Shown: positions 13,340 to 25,449 of the stretch, in pieces
How positions within the stretch are numbered: the stretch's first letter is position 1
Layout of the letters: each line of letters starts with the position of its first letter
Source: Oikopleura dioica
Taxonomy: Eukaryota > Animalia > Chordata
Direction: 5' to 3'
DNA: 64,000 nt
Assembly (NCBI GenBank): GCA_907165135.1
Contig: OU015567.1
Location: forward strand, 11,966,001-12,030,000
Notes under the pieces: generated by a model
Databases searched by the model: none
What the model was told of the DNA's origin: nothing
What the model saw: only the letters and a program-made list of their open reading frames with translations
Program-made: the position numbers and the translations under genes

Positions 13340-14400
13340 GCAAAGCGCTAATTAATATGTTAAAATCACGCTTGACTGATCACAGATTTTCCGTATATTA
13401 AAAGAGCTCTCGAACATAAAATGTTCCAGAAAAAATCTTACGTTGATGGACGTTTTGCCCTGCAGTTCTCGGCCTCTTGAAGATTGAGCTTTTTTTATTG
13501 CTTACTGGCAAGTAGACACCAAAGATAATGTTTTAGAGCTAGCTCTTCAGATAAGACTGAAGCGGTAAAGCCGGGAGAAATTCTTGCAGTTAATCTTGGC
13601 CTGCTCAAATTAAAATCAAATCCATTATTTTTTGGAACGCGGGTTTACATATACAGACAGTTATCTGTATATAGAAGGCGCTTAATCGACTGCTGCCCAT
13701 TTTGTACTGTCGCATTCAAAGAAAGGAATAGAGACATGCAAAAGAAATAACTTGCTTCAAATATTATTGAAGCAGTCTGGCTTTTCAGACGAGATAAGAG
13801 AAAATCGACGAAAGAATCGACAAAATTGAAAATGGAACGTGCAGAGTGACACATTTACAGTTCAACGCGTCGTAATCAATTCCAGCTCGACGGAGGCACT
13901 ATTCTGACTTCTTTGAGGTCTAATTGGTTTCCTCATTTAAAGAGAGAAAAAAATCGGCGCAAGAAACAATGGTAAGATAGATCGTTACATTTTTCCTTGG
14001 TCTGATAGACTTCCTGTCCATGTTATTATTGGTTCTCGTAAGAGTTTGCGACGCCATCAATAATTTGCAATAAAAAGATTTTTTTTCGGTAGTCAAACCT
14101 GAACAACCAAGAATTAGCAACGAGAGAAATTATGAATTAATTTACGGTCTTGATTTATATTTACATAGTGAATCTTTATTTTTTTAATTTTCGTGGAATG
14201 AAGAAAAGAAATATCGGAGTTATCGTATACAATGTGAGTTAGGGCTGCGTTTGAACTCAAAACTTGTTCTGAATTTTTCGCTAAGTACACTTGGCATCTC
14301 GTCACTAGGGCTTGACGGGCAGATTCTAGTTTTCCACGGCCGTTTTCCGTGGTCTCTGCCACGTTCAAATAATTTATGTACCTGCAGAAAACAAGGGGAC
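13340..14400 (-). CDS. Possible multi-exon gene of unknown function
   Basis: Protein-like segments (14114-14368, 13645-13854, about 13505-13610) bounded by ctgcag acceptors and gtaag donors on the minus strand. No family recognised. Confidence 0.35.
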
Positions 14401-14678
14401 GAAAATTTTTTTTATTTAAAAACGAAGGGAGCGTTATAATCTTTTAAGCTGGAGGGCACGTTATCTTTGACTAAATAAAATATATTTTATCGCCCCGCAG
14501 TTTTAAGTATTTAAATTTTCTGTCGCTTTTTAAATAATTAAGTGTGCGCTTTTCTCGCCTAAGTGATAACATGTTCTCCTTCTTGACGAGTTAAATGTTA
14601 TTGACGGCAGAACGTAAACCGGCTATAATCCACTCGCTTGGAATTTAACTGCCCCTCAGTTGGAAATCAGTTAAAAGA

Positions 14679-17600
14679 ATGAACAAGAGGCCTAGTAAAG
14701 AGAAACAAAAACAGGAACCAAATGATACTGTTCAGAATCCACCAGAAGAGCCCAAAAGATGGATGAAAAATTTAGGCGGAAAGAGGAATAAGGATCAGCA
14801 GGAAAACGGTTTCATTATATGAATTTAGAAAAAGAATTGTTTAAGAAATTTATAATTGAGCGAACATATATATAACCTTGTGAAAAGAGAGGTGGAAAAA
14901 TTTCCGAAAACAGCTATGAAATCCAAAACCCAGCGAAACGTGAGCAGGCTAGAGTTTATGATGTTTTTGACATTGGAGCTAGACAGTTTTTTTTTTTATT
15001 AATTTGAAGACTTCTTTTTTAAAGACTTGTCTCTCATGAACTTTGTTGAAAGGAAGCAGTGTCTCCTTGGCAAGGGCCGACGACAGTTTATCCATCATCT
15101 GTGGGCTTTCAGCCGCCTCATTGTTACCCGCCGCCGATAAATAACGTAAGTCAAAATTGCCAATTCGTCGATAACCTTTGTCAAATGGAGAATTCATTAG
15201 GCAAGAGCTTTTATCCATCGAATTTAGCACGAAGCGAACATGGCTTACTTCCAATCGATTGCATCCCACCAGCCACTTAGTTACCTGAATCCTTATTCGC
15301 TCCCTTCAATTCCTCCTTTTCCTGCCATCTCGACGGAGAGCCAGCCTCTTCCACCGGCAACTATTACGTCAGAAATCGGGCTTCCTTCATATCAGTACCC
15401 CCCTGCTGATCTCAGAAATTCGAGACAGAAGAAGCAGGATTCAATATTACTCGACAACAGCAATTTCAACTACAAATTTGCGAGTACATGTCTTGAGCTG
15501 TGGTCTTATGAAGACTACGCGCGGGGTCACGTGATCTCACTTCCGATGTCAATGGAAAACGTCGAATACCGTCATGACCAGCTAGAAACACTCGCCGCGA
15601 GACTCTTCAAAGATCTCCGGAGAATCAATAGGCTTATTAATGGAAAAATCAACCCTTTTTTCTATCTTGATATAGGGGTCACATAACACAGCCTTAGAAA
15701 GCCCAGAACCTAAGCTTTCATTGAGGCACCATATGAAGGGGTCTGGGTTATGCCCGCAAGGCAATTCAGGGGCCCGGAACTCCAAAAATAGGCACTAGAT
15801 CTCTAAAATCGCCTGGGGCAACCGCCTCCACGCTCGAGAAGTCTCGTGACTACGTCTCAGTGAAAGCTGAGGGTCTGAGCTTTCAGTAGATGTCAAGTAA
15901 TCCTGCTTGCCTCTCTCCTGAAGTCATCTACAAACAATAAACTGCCAAAAAAGCATGATATTTTTCCATCTTTTGCTGGAGAAAAGCCCGGATTTCCCTT
16001 AATTTTGGGTGCAAAAACGACTTCTTTTCGCTTCTAACTTACTCGTTAGCACAGGCAAGCAGGATTGTTTGCTATCTACTGAAAGCTAAGAACAAGCTCT
16101 TTCACTTAGAAATGGTCACGAGACCTCTCGAGCGTGGAGGGGGTTGCCCCAGGCGATTGAAGCGTTCTAGTGCCTATTTTGGGACTTCCGAGCCCCTGAA
16201 TCGCCGTGCGGGCACGGCCCAGACCCCTTGATATGGTGCCCAAATTAACGCTCAGGTTCTGGGCTTTCAAAAACTGTGTCATATGAGCACATTATCAAGC
16301 TAGAAAAAAAATTATTTTTTTTCATTAATAAGCCTAAGAATCAACCAAAACGACCCTGGAAAATCAAAAGGAAAATTCATCAACCTTCTTGATACTGTGC
16401 TTAAGCTCAAAAGAACCCTCAGTGATCCAAATCCAAATCAGTCGAGTTTGGCAGAGGCCGAAAAGCTTCGGAAGACACTGAAAAACTCGAGTTGTATTTT
16501 GAGCGTCACAACTAGAGTGAATGATAATCGAGTGCAGTTAGAAAAGTGGGATTCAATGGGACGCCCAAAAAAGGTAAAATAAGAACGGTTATCTCGCAGA
16601 GTGTCTGTGGCAAAATTGTTGGTTTAAAATTGTCAAGTCCTGACGTAAGAAGTACTGTACATTTACTAGGTTTACCTGTTCTTCGAGTTGTACAACCTAC
16701 TCCACAAATACGACAAGCATCGACAAACCGTTAAACGAATCCGCCCAAACAACAGTAAGCGAAATTCCACCTTCCATTTATTTCATCTTCAGTCTACCGT
16801 GCAAATTGTAAAAGCGATGAGCTCACCACTAAAATGAACCTGCTGTGCCTCAACCCATTCCACTGGGAATGCCTCATGGATAGAAATGAGTTTACCGAAA
16901 GAATGGTGAAAATAGGTTTGCTGACCAAAATTTATTTTGATTTATCGTCGTCGTAGTTTGGACAGAAGATAAGGGTGTTCACATGAAATCAATCTGCGGT
17001 CTCTGGGCGGCGGATATTCACAAGGAAAGGGCTCAAATGTAGGTAGTTATCCTCACGAGTGCTGAAGTTTCTTTATTAAAAAGCGTTATTTCGACTTTCA
17101 TTGAGAATTATCTGCGATGTTCTAATTCTCCGAGCATCGTTTTTATGCTTTTTCATCATCATCAAAACAGCATGATTCGATTCAGCATTTTCTCGCTGAA
17201 TTCAATGTCTTCCCGGCGTTATATGGCCTCATCAGGTCACTTGAGAAATAAGATACCTTGGTTGAGCCTGGTCAAAGTTCGTCGATTGGAATGAAAACTG
17301 CTCACCGGAGAAATTTCTGGACCTTGTCAAGATGCGAGTTGGCTGCTCTGAAACTAAAGATATCACTCAAAGTATGCAATTTGCTTCTTTATAAGTGCTA
17401 CTAAACTATCTAAGTGATGAATATGTACTGCAAGAAGCTAAAATTCCTCGGTGTTCGAAAACTCGATTGCATTTACTACAACGAGAAAACTTCAATTGAG
17501 AAAATACGAGAGATCGAGCGACGCTTGGTCAAATTTTGTCGGCCGGAAGTTTACGAAAAGTTTGCTGTTGGAAATGATATTTTCAATACTGACGTCGAGA

Positions 17601-18977
17601 CCAAGTTTAGGCCGGTGTTAAAAATGCGAGCATAGTGAACTCACGAAGAAATTAACGACTGTCTGACGATTGAATCTGAAAAATGAGATTTATGCGAAAC
17701 TCATAAATGAGTCCCATGAATTAAAAAAATAAGCAGATTTAGCATTTTATGGGAGAATAGGCTATACAAATTATGACAACGTTAACAAAGATACATGGTT
17801 TTTTCGCCAGGTGTGGCTCGCACCTTTGAACAATCATAAAAAAATTACCATTTTTGAACACATCCAAAAGATGGACTTGCGACGACGTCAAAACCAGCCG
17901 TATCTGTTGCAACCCCGACCATGTTGATTCCGTCCACCCGAATAAAGACCCTTTCCGGCTTAATAATGTCTTTGGGTACAATGCTGCTAGCTCAAAGTTG
18001 AAAAAGATAATTGAGAGTAAATCTGCTAATGCTCCCTTGTCCAACTCCGATGGACACAAAATCTGGTGCTACTTGTATTTTAATAGATGTAAGACAGTCT
18101 ATCTTAGACAGACCCTTAAAAAATATTCATTTCAGATGGAACGCGTTCACGAAAAACAGTTCACGACCAATTCGTAGGCTGGTTTCTTACAGACAAGGTC
18201 AAAGATGTCAAATACGACTCCGAAATAAACATCGAGCCCCTGATGACGCAAACTCACATGGGCAAGAATCTTAACGAAGGCGAGCTTCAAAATCCTTCCT
18301 CTTTCAAGTTTGCTATTTCCAACGGAGGAAATATTAACATGTCGATAGTCTTCAGAATAAAACGATTGATGACAAAAAGCGTTGCCAACGATTAGGGCAC
18401 AAATGCTCGAAAGCAATTTGTGACTTGTCGTTTGCTAGGCCAAAGAACTTTCAAAAAGCATCAGGTGTTCGTCTTAGGTAATTCCTTCTTACCAAAGGGA
18501 AGTACTGAAATAAAAGGATTCTCTAGTGTTACCCTAAAACGAGAACCGACCCTTATCGGCTTTGATCAAAGCGATTCTGCCGACTGCCACGATTCGATAA
18601 TAACAATTCACAATAATGGAACGGAGAAGATTTGGTACCACTCGATGCTCACCGAGATTCAAAAACTTGGCAAAACAGCCGAGAAAGAAAGCAAAGTAGT
18701 GACGTACAACGACTTAGAAGCCATCGATCCATCCGTCTATCGCGTCATTCATCCGGGAGAGAGTGTTCCTGTTTTCAAACTCAACTTGGAGTTTCGACGA
18801 TTGACGAGCTCTTTGACTTCGAAGCAACTGCGGAATGTTCGAGAGAGGTTCTTTACCGTCTATGTTGTCCCTGAGTGGGACTCAAAGACGGAGACGATGT
18901 TTTCCGATATTGGAAATGGCGTTGCTAAGTTTACTCGTAAGTTACCACTTTGCTTTCCTACTGTAACTCTATTGTAG
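14679..18977 (+). CDS. Highly divergent Smad-like (MH1 + MH2) protein, coding exon interrupted by a MITE; could be two genes
   Basis: Pro-rich N-terminal exons. MH1-like stretch LDTVLKLKRT..SLAEAEKL..SSCILSVTTRVNDNRVQL..RANCKS..LLCLNPFHW (16370-16866). Second ICCNPDH motif (17902-17922). ORF 18420-18977 has ITIHNNGTEKIWYHS, RVIHPGESVPVF and TVYVVPEWD, matching MH2 blocks such as Smad7 VWVYNRSSYPIFIKS / HKVFPGFSIKAF / SFVKGWG. Confidence 0.6.
15629..16336. mobile_element. 708-bp foldback MITE with 8-bp TSD (hAT-like)
   Basis: Imperfect inverted arms of about 284 bp (15629-15912 and 16053-16336) around a 140-bp spacer. Ends TAGGCTTATTAA...TTAATAAGCCTA. Perfect direct repeat AGAATCAA at 15621-15628 and 16337-16344. 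Confidence 0.9.
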
Positions 18978-20754
18978 ACGCTGATGGATTAGGTGGAATA
19001 GAACATCTAGCCTTTATTTCGGTAATCCACCTCGACTACCTCAGTCACGCGGAAAAGCGTAAAACTCAATCCTCGCTCTGCCCAGATTCCGACACTTGAT
19101 GCTATACCAGTTTGAAGATTTATGCATATGCAGCCCTGCCGAATAAAAGAATCAAAGTTGAGATTTTTTGCAAAGCTTTCATCATATTTTGTTTTATTTT
19201 TTATATTTTTCGCAAAACAGGAAAGTCGGCTAATTTACCAAATCTGATTTGAGAGTAATTGAATATTTAGAATTGGAACAAAAGTAAACAAGGGGGAAGT
19301 TTTTTTTTTATCAGTAGCAGTCGATTTCTTTATCAGTAGAAGGTTTATTCAGGGTAAATGTAGATACATGAAAAACATCCCGAAGACTTGATGATTTATC
19401 TTAGCTCTTTAGGAAAGTAACAGAGAGTCCAGTATAAAACCACCGAAAGGGTGGGCTAATATCAGCAACGCTCTGTATGTAGGTTAAGAACTAGAATCTT
19501 AAAAAGGGCTAAGAATCGGTATTAAGTTGAAGCATGTGGTAGTTCCTACTTGAATATAAATAAATAAACGAATCAGGAGCAAAAGGAGATAAACTAAAAG
19601 ATATAATATACAAAACGTGCATATTATCGCGCGGAACTACTGTAAGAGAAAGAGTAAAGGATAATAAAGGAAATAATAATAATAACTTAGTTAATAAAAA
19701 ACTGAAAACTGATGAAGGGTGTGCGTGGGCATCGCGGTAAATATAAGAGCGCCACCACCCGGCAGATCGACGCAGAACTTTTGGGAACACTTGAAAGAGT
19801 CACGTGAGAGAACAGGTGGCATGGGACTATGGGTTTGGGAAGCAGGTAGAGGCGAATTCCACAGGCACACAGGCAAAAACGCGTAGGCTATTGACTGAAC
19901 GCGCCTAAGGGCGGTTCAAAATCTCCCTTTAGGGGTTGAGAATTCAAGATGATGAAAAAATTCTAGTTGTTGGGGGCATGTTAAAAGCCTTGTCTGCCTC
20001 TTCGATATGGGAAGATATGATAGGCTAGGGAAAATAATTATGCTTTTTCAAATGAAATTGGTCTCGGTGGGCATTTGGTGATTTTTTTATACTTTCGAAA
20101 TTTCACATTACTAGATGGAAGTCATTTTCTTTCGAATTTGAACCGGTCGAAAAGTTTTCCATAATCGAGAAGTTTGTCCCTGAAAAGGTCGCCTTCAGAT
20201 CTTCGGCCAAGGTTTAATTTGGTCAAGGCGTGTCCTTGCGGGAGGTTTGATTTGGCCAAAGGGACTTCACTTCCGGGAGGGCCACAAAAGAACAATTATC
20301 ATGCATTAACGCCCATATGAAGTGGTGTAATGTCTGGGAAGGATAGTTATGGTCTGTGAACTGCAGAGTAGATTATTATAGATGTTCTGGGCATAGTCCG
20401 AGCACAGTATTAGTACAGTACTGTAACTACTTTAGTTTTTGTTTCATGAAGTCAGATATGAATTGAAAGATATTATACAAGGCGGTGTCTAGTTTCCCAG
20501 AAAAGAAGGTTGAATTGAATCTCTTGATATGGGTTCTCGTAAGAAATGAACTTTTTGGTGGATTTTACAAAGACGAAAGCTTTTCCAGGAGGCGCAACTC
20601 AAAAAGAAAGAAAGAAAAACTGTCCAAAAAGGTGGAAATGACAACTGAAGCACGCTGGATACTGTGAGTGTCTCAGGCAGAATGTGTAGGGGTAGAACTT
20701 CGGGCAGGGGCGCGCATGGCCCGAAGACGGGCGGCGGGTGGACTCGCAGCGCGC

Positions 20755-23700
20755 TCATTCCGACTCCATTTTGATGCCTTTCAGACGCTGGTTTTCTAAT
20801 TGCAGCTCCATCACTGTTCGCTTTAGACTTTCTAATTCGGCATCCTTTTCATCATTCTGAATAAAATCGGTGAGTTAAACGATTCTCCGTTAATTATAAT
20901 TACCTGTTTTTTCAACGCGCTCAAATGTCTTTCATATGCCTCCTTGGCTTTTACAGACTCTTCATAGGCTTTGGATAATTTTTGTTCAGCCTGCTGTGCT
21001 CTCTTTAATCCAGGTCTGTACATGTTGATTATTTCTTAATTTTCGATGAATCGAGCGAAGATTAAGAATCTTCTGGCTGTGAATACGATGTCAGACCGAT
21101 TTCCTGTAAGTCAAGCGTCAGCTGATGCGTTTGTGTCTGTCTCTTCGTCCGGCAGTTTGCCGCGTAGCCTCGATTCTTCAGTGTCCTTCTGCGCTGCTTG
21201 ATGTTGATCATTTGCTCTTTGGTGCAGCCGGACTGTTTGAGCTTTCTGTTCAACTCGCGGACTGAGATGCTCTTTAGTTCTTCGTCCGGGATCTGAATGA
21301 GAGCGTTTTTAATGCCGTTTTCTGTCGACTCGGGCAGACTTGGCCAAAACAAGCTTTTCATGCCTTCTAAGCAGAAAGCTATAAACCAAAATCAGCAATC
21401 ACGTGCTCGAATTTGTGCCCGTTCTGATTGAAAATTCTTGATGCGCTTCTCACCGAAAGCAGAAGCTGTTGTCTACCGGCAAAAATAGTTTGTTGATAAG
21501 CCAGCATAAACATCAACATAACAAATGGCCATCGATAAATCAATTTCCTGTTACCAATTTAATTCTTACGTGAGTCACATCTTTGTCAAATTTATGTCGC
21601 TTGATGAGATATTCAAGATCACCAAAAAAGCTTGCAATCGAAGTCTCCATCTTAGCTGTATTACTTGGGGACATTCAACAGGAGTAGAACGTCTTTTCCT
21701 TCAAGGAATTCGGAGTAATTATTTGTAGCTAGAAATCTACAGTCTTGGGTTAATTGTTATTTTAATTATTTGCTAGGTCTTTTGTTGGAAAAAATTGACG
21801 TTCTACTCCTTGAAAGCGCGCGTGATTATTCTCCTATTTTCTCTTGTTATTATGAGTTTTGTGCTGGTGGCGCAGAGTGGGACTAGGAATTAAGCGGAGT
21901 CAGCGCTTTTGCGAGGGAACGGGATTTGCATCGCGCAGCACCTTCTCATCTTATTCCTGGCCTCACTAAATGTCTGCAACCGGATTTTAGCCAAGCTAAG
22001 CATCTTTCGAATCAGTCGTTAGAGCATTTTAGTGTTTTTACGCCAAGCAAGCCCGATTGATACCTTTGCTGTTCCGGCAATATTGACCTTTCCCTCCGAC
22101 GACTTTCGCATGGCAAGGCCCAAGCCGCCCTGACGCCATCTGATGCCGCAATTCGAACTAAACAATGAAATTGGAATTACATAATGTTTATATGTTAGAA
22201 TTTCCGAAACTGCCTACTTTGCTATTTAATCAATTCGCTCAATAAACAGACATCAAAAGTCAAACAAGACCATTGAGGGTACAAATAGACGCGCGTTCAG
22301 ATTCCCACTGTCGCAGAGACTTTTGAATTTGATTCTGAACGCCCAGAATTTGACCTCCAAAGAAAATCAATGAATTTTGAGTATTGTCTTGCGAAAAAGA
22401 TAAACAGAAATCAAGGAAGAGTCACTTCAACAAAACACTCATTTTTAGGCTAATTCAATGCTTATTTGAAGCTTTGCCGTAAAAAATTTTAACAAATTAT
22501 CCAACGTTGCAGAATTAATTGCCAGTCTGACATTTCGTTGAGCGTTTTTTACGGCAGGTTTGATATTCCAACTAAGCCAGCGTTACTTACCCTGAGTCGC
22601 TGTCATCTGAATCGTTTGACATATTCACTTTATCCATCTGTCCGTTCTGCTGTTGTTGCTGCTGCTGCTGTTTCCATAGGCCGGCTACGGTTTCTGGAAG
22701 GTTGTCTGGCAAACTGCGGGGCTGGTCCTGTCCGAAGTTGCTTCCAAGTCCAAGAGGATGTCCAGACGAGGAGGATTGGCTCTGGTTGGCGGCTTCAGCG
22801 AGCGAGTTGAACGCTGCCGAGGGATAATTGTTATCTTCATCTAGAAGGGCTCGTTCATGTTCATCAGGGGCAGTAGAAGCTAGATCCAGAGCGTGAGCGT
22901 GATTATACGTAATCAATTTGATTAATTAGACTTTTGATAATGAACATTTCTCAAAAAGCAAAAAGAAGTCAATCCATTTAAACAAAACACCCTCGTTATC
23001 AAAGTCCGAAAAATATTCACCATTTTATTTGAAAAATTGAAATAAAATGGATAATTGGATTTTTCTGATTCTGTAAATGCTAAAATCCTTCTTTAGGATT
23101 CACACAATCGAGCACCGCAAGCGAAAGAGGAAGGAAGTTTAGAGTTACTGTCAGTCACTTACATCTGTTATTCAAGCTACTGTTGATACTGCTGCTGATG
23201 CTTGTATTCGGAAGGTTGAAGTTGCCGTTTAGGAAGTTTGCGCCTCGGAGTCCAGCTTCGACAGACTGAATGAATCCATAATTGGAACTGACCGGTTGGG
23301 ATTGAGTGACTTTTGGCTGAAAACATTATGATTGAAATCATCAAGCAAGCAAAGAAAGCAAGCAGCTTGTCTATTCTAGCCTCATGGAAATTTGAAGATG
23401 GGTATTTCTGCCACCCGGCGACAATCAACGATGGAACAAGCCTGTTTCATTTTGTAAAATGAAGCTCAAAATGCACAGTTTAATGTGCTCCGAAAAGCAC
23501 CTTGTAACTAAATATTGTCAATTAAAAAGCACCTGGCTGGAATTCAAGCAGCGAGCGGCGTTTTCCGATTTTTTTATTTTTTGCGCGAGTGGTTTTAAAG
23601 CTGTCTTGTTCTTTGCTTACCGTGGTTTCGCTCAGAATGTTCTGCAGCTGTACCTGTTCCGCGGTGATCTGAAGACTACCGTTGGCACTACTGGTGACGG

Positions 23701-23836
23701 CGTCGTGCGCATTCTGTGAGACCAAGTGCAGCGAAAAGCAGTTGGGATTCGAGAACGCCGCAGCCGCCAGCGGAAACTCGATGGGACCACCGCTCTGACC
23801 TATCACCATAGGTCCGAGCCCGTTCCCGTTGGACAT
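20755..23836 (-). CDS. maf: Maf-family bZIP transcription factor with Q/S/N-rich N-terminal extension
   Basis: EHR + basic region [38 protein letters not shown] (21062-21361). Coiled-coil exons to TGA at 20757-20755. Phase-compatible upstream exons at about 23836-23619, 23312-23161 and 22843-22592. Confidence 0.88.
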
Positions 23837-23911
23837 CTGAAAAAAGCACAATTTTAATCAATCATCGAAAAATAACAGTATCAAATAAAATTAAAGAACA
23901 TTTTTTCTTAA

Positions 23912-24026
23912 CCCCACGAGTCTAAGTCGACATATTTTGTCGAAATCCGGTTTTAATCAGCTGTACTGCTGTAAAAAATGTCGACTTAGACTCGTGGGGT
24001 TACGCCCTCCAATTGGACTCGTGGGG
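23912..24026. mobile_element. 115-bp piggyBac-like MITE (TTAA-CCCC...GGGG-TTAA)
   Basis: TTAA at 23908-23911 and 24027-24030. CCCCACGAGTCTAAGTCGACAT is inverted at about 23978-23999, and a second copy of the terminus GACTCGTGGGG lies at 24016-24026. Confidence 0.75.
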
Positions 24027-25426
24027 TTAAGAAAAGGATGATCGAATCAAGAAAAGACCAAATCCGCCATAAATTCAATTAAAAAGTTATCGCTCAAATT
24101 ACGAAAATTCCATCAGTTCTATCATTTCAATTGCTAATAATTTCAAAAAAAATCGACAAATCAAAAGAAACTCTTGACGATAATTGTTTATCTTTTAGCT
24201 CTTAGATTCTCAAATGCCCTCAAGTATGCCACTCTTGAAAATCGAAATCAACAAAGACTACTCCAAACCTTGCGCCGCAGGTATTCAATTTTTAGGTTAT
24301 CTAGGCCGAGGAAATTGGACATTTTTCGTTCTCTATAAAATTGACTGTTGGAGGCAAAAACCTCACTAACGTATGTGAAATCGTCGGACGGAAAATGTCA
24401 AGTTTTAGGTTTAGAAATCTGCGGATTATCATACCATACTCAGCAAGATACGATGCTTGAAATGTCAGCGAGATCTCCTCTCGGATGATGCCTCTCCTTT
24501 TTTCAAAATTGGTATGTTTTATGGTTGAATTGTGCGAAGACAAAATACCAAAACAAGAGCGGCAAGAAATTTTATGATGAATTTTATCTTGAAACCGCTT
24601 TTTACATTCATACCATCGTCTCTCCATTAATCAAATTATTATAATCAACAAGCGTTAACGGTATCAATTAAAATTTACAACAATTATTAAACATCTCAGT
24701 GAAGCAAGTTCATAACTGAAATATAGCGAGACAGACGTCTCCGTTACTAAGTGCGTTCTACCGGTACAGAGATAGATAATTTGCTCCTTTGATAGACCCT
24801 GATAGGATCAAAATAGCTATCTTTACTAATCAAACAAATACATGAACTAATTACCACCTTAGCCCGAGAGCAAGTTCAATTCTGCTTCTGGCAAGTGCCT
24901 AAAATATTCTGATCTTACCGGGGAGCTCTCTATTTCTTCAATTAATTCCTCTTTTATTTCGATCATTGTTGAAAGATGATGAGTGTGAATATCCTCAGCG
25001 AAAAAGTACATAACTGTAAAAATCTGGAAATTCGTCTCTTGCTTTTAGGAAATTTTATAATAAAGTGTCCGACAATTCCCGGAGTGGCGGTAAAACGGAA
25101 GGATTAGCACTTTAGCACTTTACGCTCGCAGAGAGGGGTTCTATTTGTTAATTCCTTACCAATTGGAGCATATTAATCCCTTGACTAGTATTGAGAAACA
25201 ACCGTATTTGATACATTGTTTGATTAAATTTTGGATTAGATACATTATTGGCGAAACGAACTTGATAAGTGTGGGAATCTTGAGAGGCACCTGATCTGGC
25301 TTATCAACTTTAGAAACTGAACAAAATGACCAACCGCCAGTAACACTTGAAATCACTGACTCAAAAGTTGAAGTACCTAAGGGTACCTAAGGTAAGATCG
25401 ACTCCTAGTCTTGTCGACCCCTTACC

Positions 25427-25449
25427 GTAATTTACGGTCCGTAAATTAC
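25427..25449. repeat. Perfect 11-bp-stem palindrome GTAATTTACGG-T-CCGTAAATTAC, near a GTACCTAAGG tandem duplication
   Basis: Read directly from the sequence. The 10-bp tandem lies at about 25373-25392. Confidence 0.8.

Noticed and set aside
21880-21940. Octamer ATTTGCAT and a MARE-like half site in the Maf intron
   Set aside because: Short motifs expected by chance; no snRNA-like body or other support.
23177-23460. THAP-like reading [25 protein letters not shown] on the minus strand
   Set aside because: Needs an in-frame stop bypass and lacks the terminal C-x2-H-F. The alternative frame with canonical gtaag/cag sites joins cleanly to the Maf exons.
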